A stretch of 32,000 bases of DNA from Tautonia marina (lineage in GTDB: Bacteria > Planctomycetota > Planctomycetia > Isosphaerales > Isosphaeraceae): positions 13,637 to 45,636 of the forward strand of contig NZ_WEZF01000031.1 of assembly GCF_009177065.1 (NCBI RefSeq), in the 5' to 3' direction. A model generated the notes under the pieces. The model had not been told where the DNA came from, made no database searches, and saw only the letters and a program-made list of their open reading frames with translations. How positions within the stretch are numbered: position 1 is the stretch's first letter; each line of letters opens with the position of its first letter. Shown piece by piece: positions 31,149 to 32,000 of the stretch. The translations under genes were made by a program, and so were the position numbers.

Positions 31149-31973
31149 ATGCCAGCTACCACAATCGCCATGCTGAACAAGAAGGGGGGCGTTGGAAAAA
31201 CATCCTCATGTTTTCACCTTGCCGGGGCCCTCGCGAAGCTGAAATACCGCGTCCTGCTCATCGACAACGACCCGCAGGGCTCGCTTAGCCGCGGATTCTT
31301 CGGCACCGAGGCGGTCGAATCGCTGCCCAAGGAAGCGACGCTTGCCGCGCTCTACGACGACGCGATACCGGCCGGGCCGGAGACGCTCATCGTCCAGACC
31401 GAATTTAAAAACATCGACATCGTGCCGACCTCGCAGGAATACGACCCGTACAACGTCAACCCGCCGCACACCGCCCCGTACGACTTCGAAGCGCTCCGGC
31501 ATTTCGTTGCCGGCACCGACGGCTATGACTTCATCCTCATCGACTCGCCGCCCAACCTCTATTTCTGCAGCTGGACGGCGCTCCTTGCCGCCGACTACGC
31601 CATCGTTCCGGTGCAGACGGAAGATTTCGGGGTGCAGGGCCTCGTTGACGTGAATCACGTCGTGAAGGAAGCCGTCACCTATAACGGCGACCTGAAGATC
31701 CTCGGCTACCTGATTACGATGTACGACAAGCGGCGGGCCACCCACCGTGACTATGCCGGGGACCTGCGCGAAGCCTTCCCGAATGCCGTCTTCGAGCAGA
31801 TGGTGCCGGATTCCGCCACCTTCACCGCTTCGCTCGTGCACCGTAAGCCGGTTTCCTTCTTCCGCCCGAAATCCGCAGCCGCGCTTGCCATGAAGGCACT
31901 CGCGGAAGAAATCATCGCCCGCACCAGCCGGGAGGCTGAAACGCCCGCCGAAAGGGTTACCGCTCATGGATGA
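31149..31973 (+). CDS. parA: ParA-family partition ATPase
   Basis: Deviant Walker A NKKGGVGKTS, LLIDNDPQGS, and Walker B FILIDSPPN. ATG 31149 is chosen within ORF 31131-31973, which opens with TTG. Confidence 0.85.
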   Translation: MPATTIAMLNKKGGVGKTSSCFHLAGALAKLKYRVLLIDNDPQGSLSRGFFGTEAVESLPKEATLAALYDDAIPAGPETLIVQTEFKNIDIVPTSQEYDPYNVNPPHTAPYDFEALRHFVAGTDGYDFILIDSPPNLYFCSWTALLAADYAIVPVQTEDFGVQGLVDVNHVVKEAVTYNGDLKILGYLITMYDKRRATHRDYAGDLREAFPNAVFEQMVPDSATFTASLVHRKPVSFFRPKSAAALAMKALAEEIIARTSREAETPAERVTAHG

Positions 31974-32000
31974 GGTTAAGACCACCGCACGCGAGCAGGG
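31966..32000 (+). CDS. 5' end of the next gene (probable ParB-type partner), truncated by the window end
   Basis: ATG 31966 overlaps the parA 3' end by 8 nt (MDEVKTTAREQ..). Position after parA is the only evidence for function. Confidence 0.3.
   Translation, partial: MDEVKTTAREQ

Noticed and set aside
29874-31985. Minus-strand ORFs 29874-30887 and 31206-31985 opposite repA and parA
   Set aside because: These are shadow ORFs. repA and parA on the plus strand have diagnostic motifs (NLAEFP; KGGVGKTS).
1-32000. Self-transmissible conjugative plasmid / complete T4SS
   Set aside because: Only a relaxase and an oriT candidate are visible. No VirB4, VirD4/TraG-type coupling protein or other mating-pair-formation genes are in this window. 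The element can only be called mobilisable on present evidence. The rest of the replicon is unseen.

Overview
This window looks like a high-GC plasmid or mobilisable element. Hand counts of single 60-nt backbone lines give about 62-68% G+C.

Backbone genes:
- a 5'-truncated giant SF2 helicase (methylase-helicase / DarB-like type)
- an orphan double-HTH::Dam-type adenine methyltransferase
- a tightly coupled operon of six small, mostly acidic ORFs
- a MOBF (TrwC/TraI-type) relaxase-helicase next to an inverted-repeat-rich oriT candidate
- a serine resolvase with a res-like palindrome
- an iteron oriV, RepA (replication initiator protein A type), ParA, and the first codons of a probable ParB

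I saw no T4SS or coupling-protein genes, rRNA, tRNA or CRISPR array.

Lower-GC cargo islets interrupt the backbone:
- an orphan prepilin-like gene
- a SlyB-like glycine-zipper lipoprotein pair
- a four-ORF minus-strand cluster: MmeI-like type IIL restriction-modification enzyme, then a PIN-like protein, then a two-piece membrane-anchored Cas4-like nuclease
- VapBC
- a canonical type I Thoeris pair (thsA SIR2-SLOG, thsB TIR) preceded by a small WGR gene
- a very AT-rich three-gene envelope module that I cannot assign to any family: a mini-lipoprotein, an 853-aa protein (signal peptide, glycine-zipper, TPR-like and PDZ-like regions), and a glycine-zipper membrane protein

The best candidates for an undescribed system are (i) the MmeI-like/PIN-like/split membrane Cas4-like operon at 15.1-19.8 kb and (ii) the AT-rich envelope module at 24.2-27.4 kb. 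Also notable is a 20-bp operator-like repeat. It occurs as two pairs with identical 44-bp spacing, one pair at the start of the HTH-Dam gene and one beside oriV.

All family assignments come from motif recognition by eye and need HMM or BLAST confirmation.
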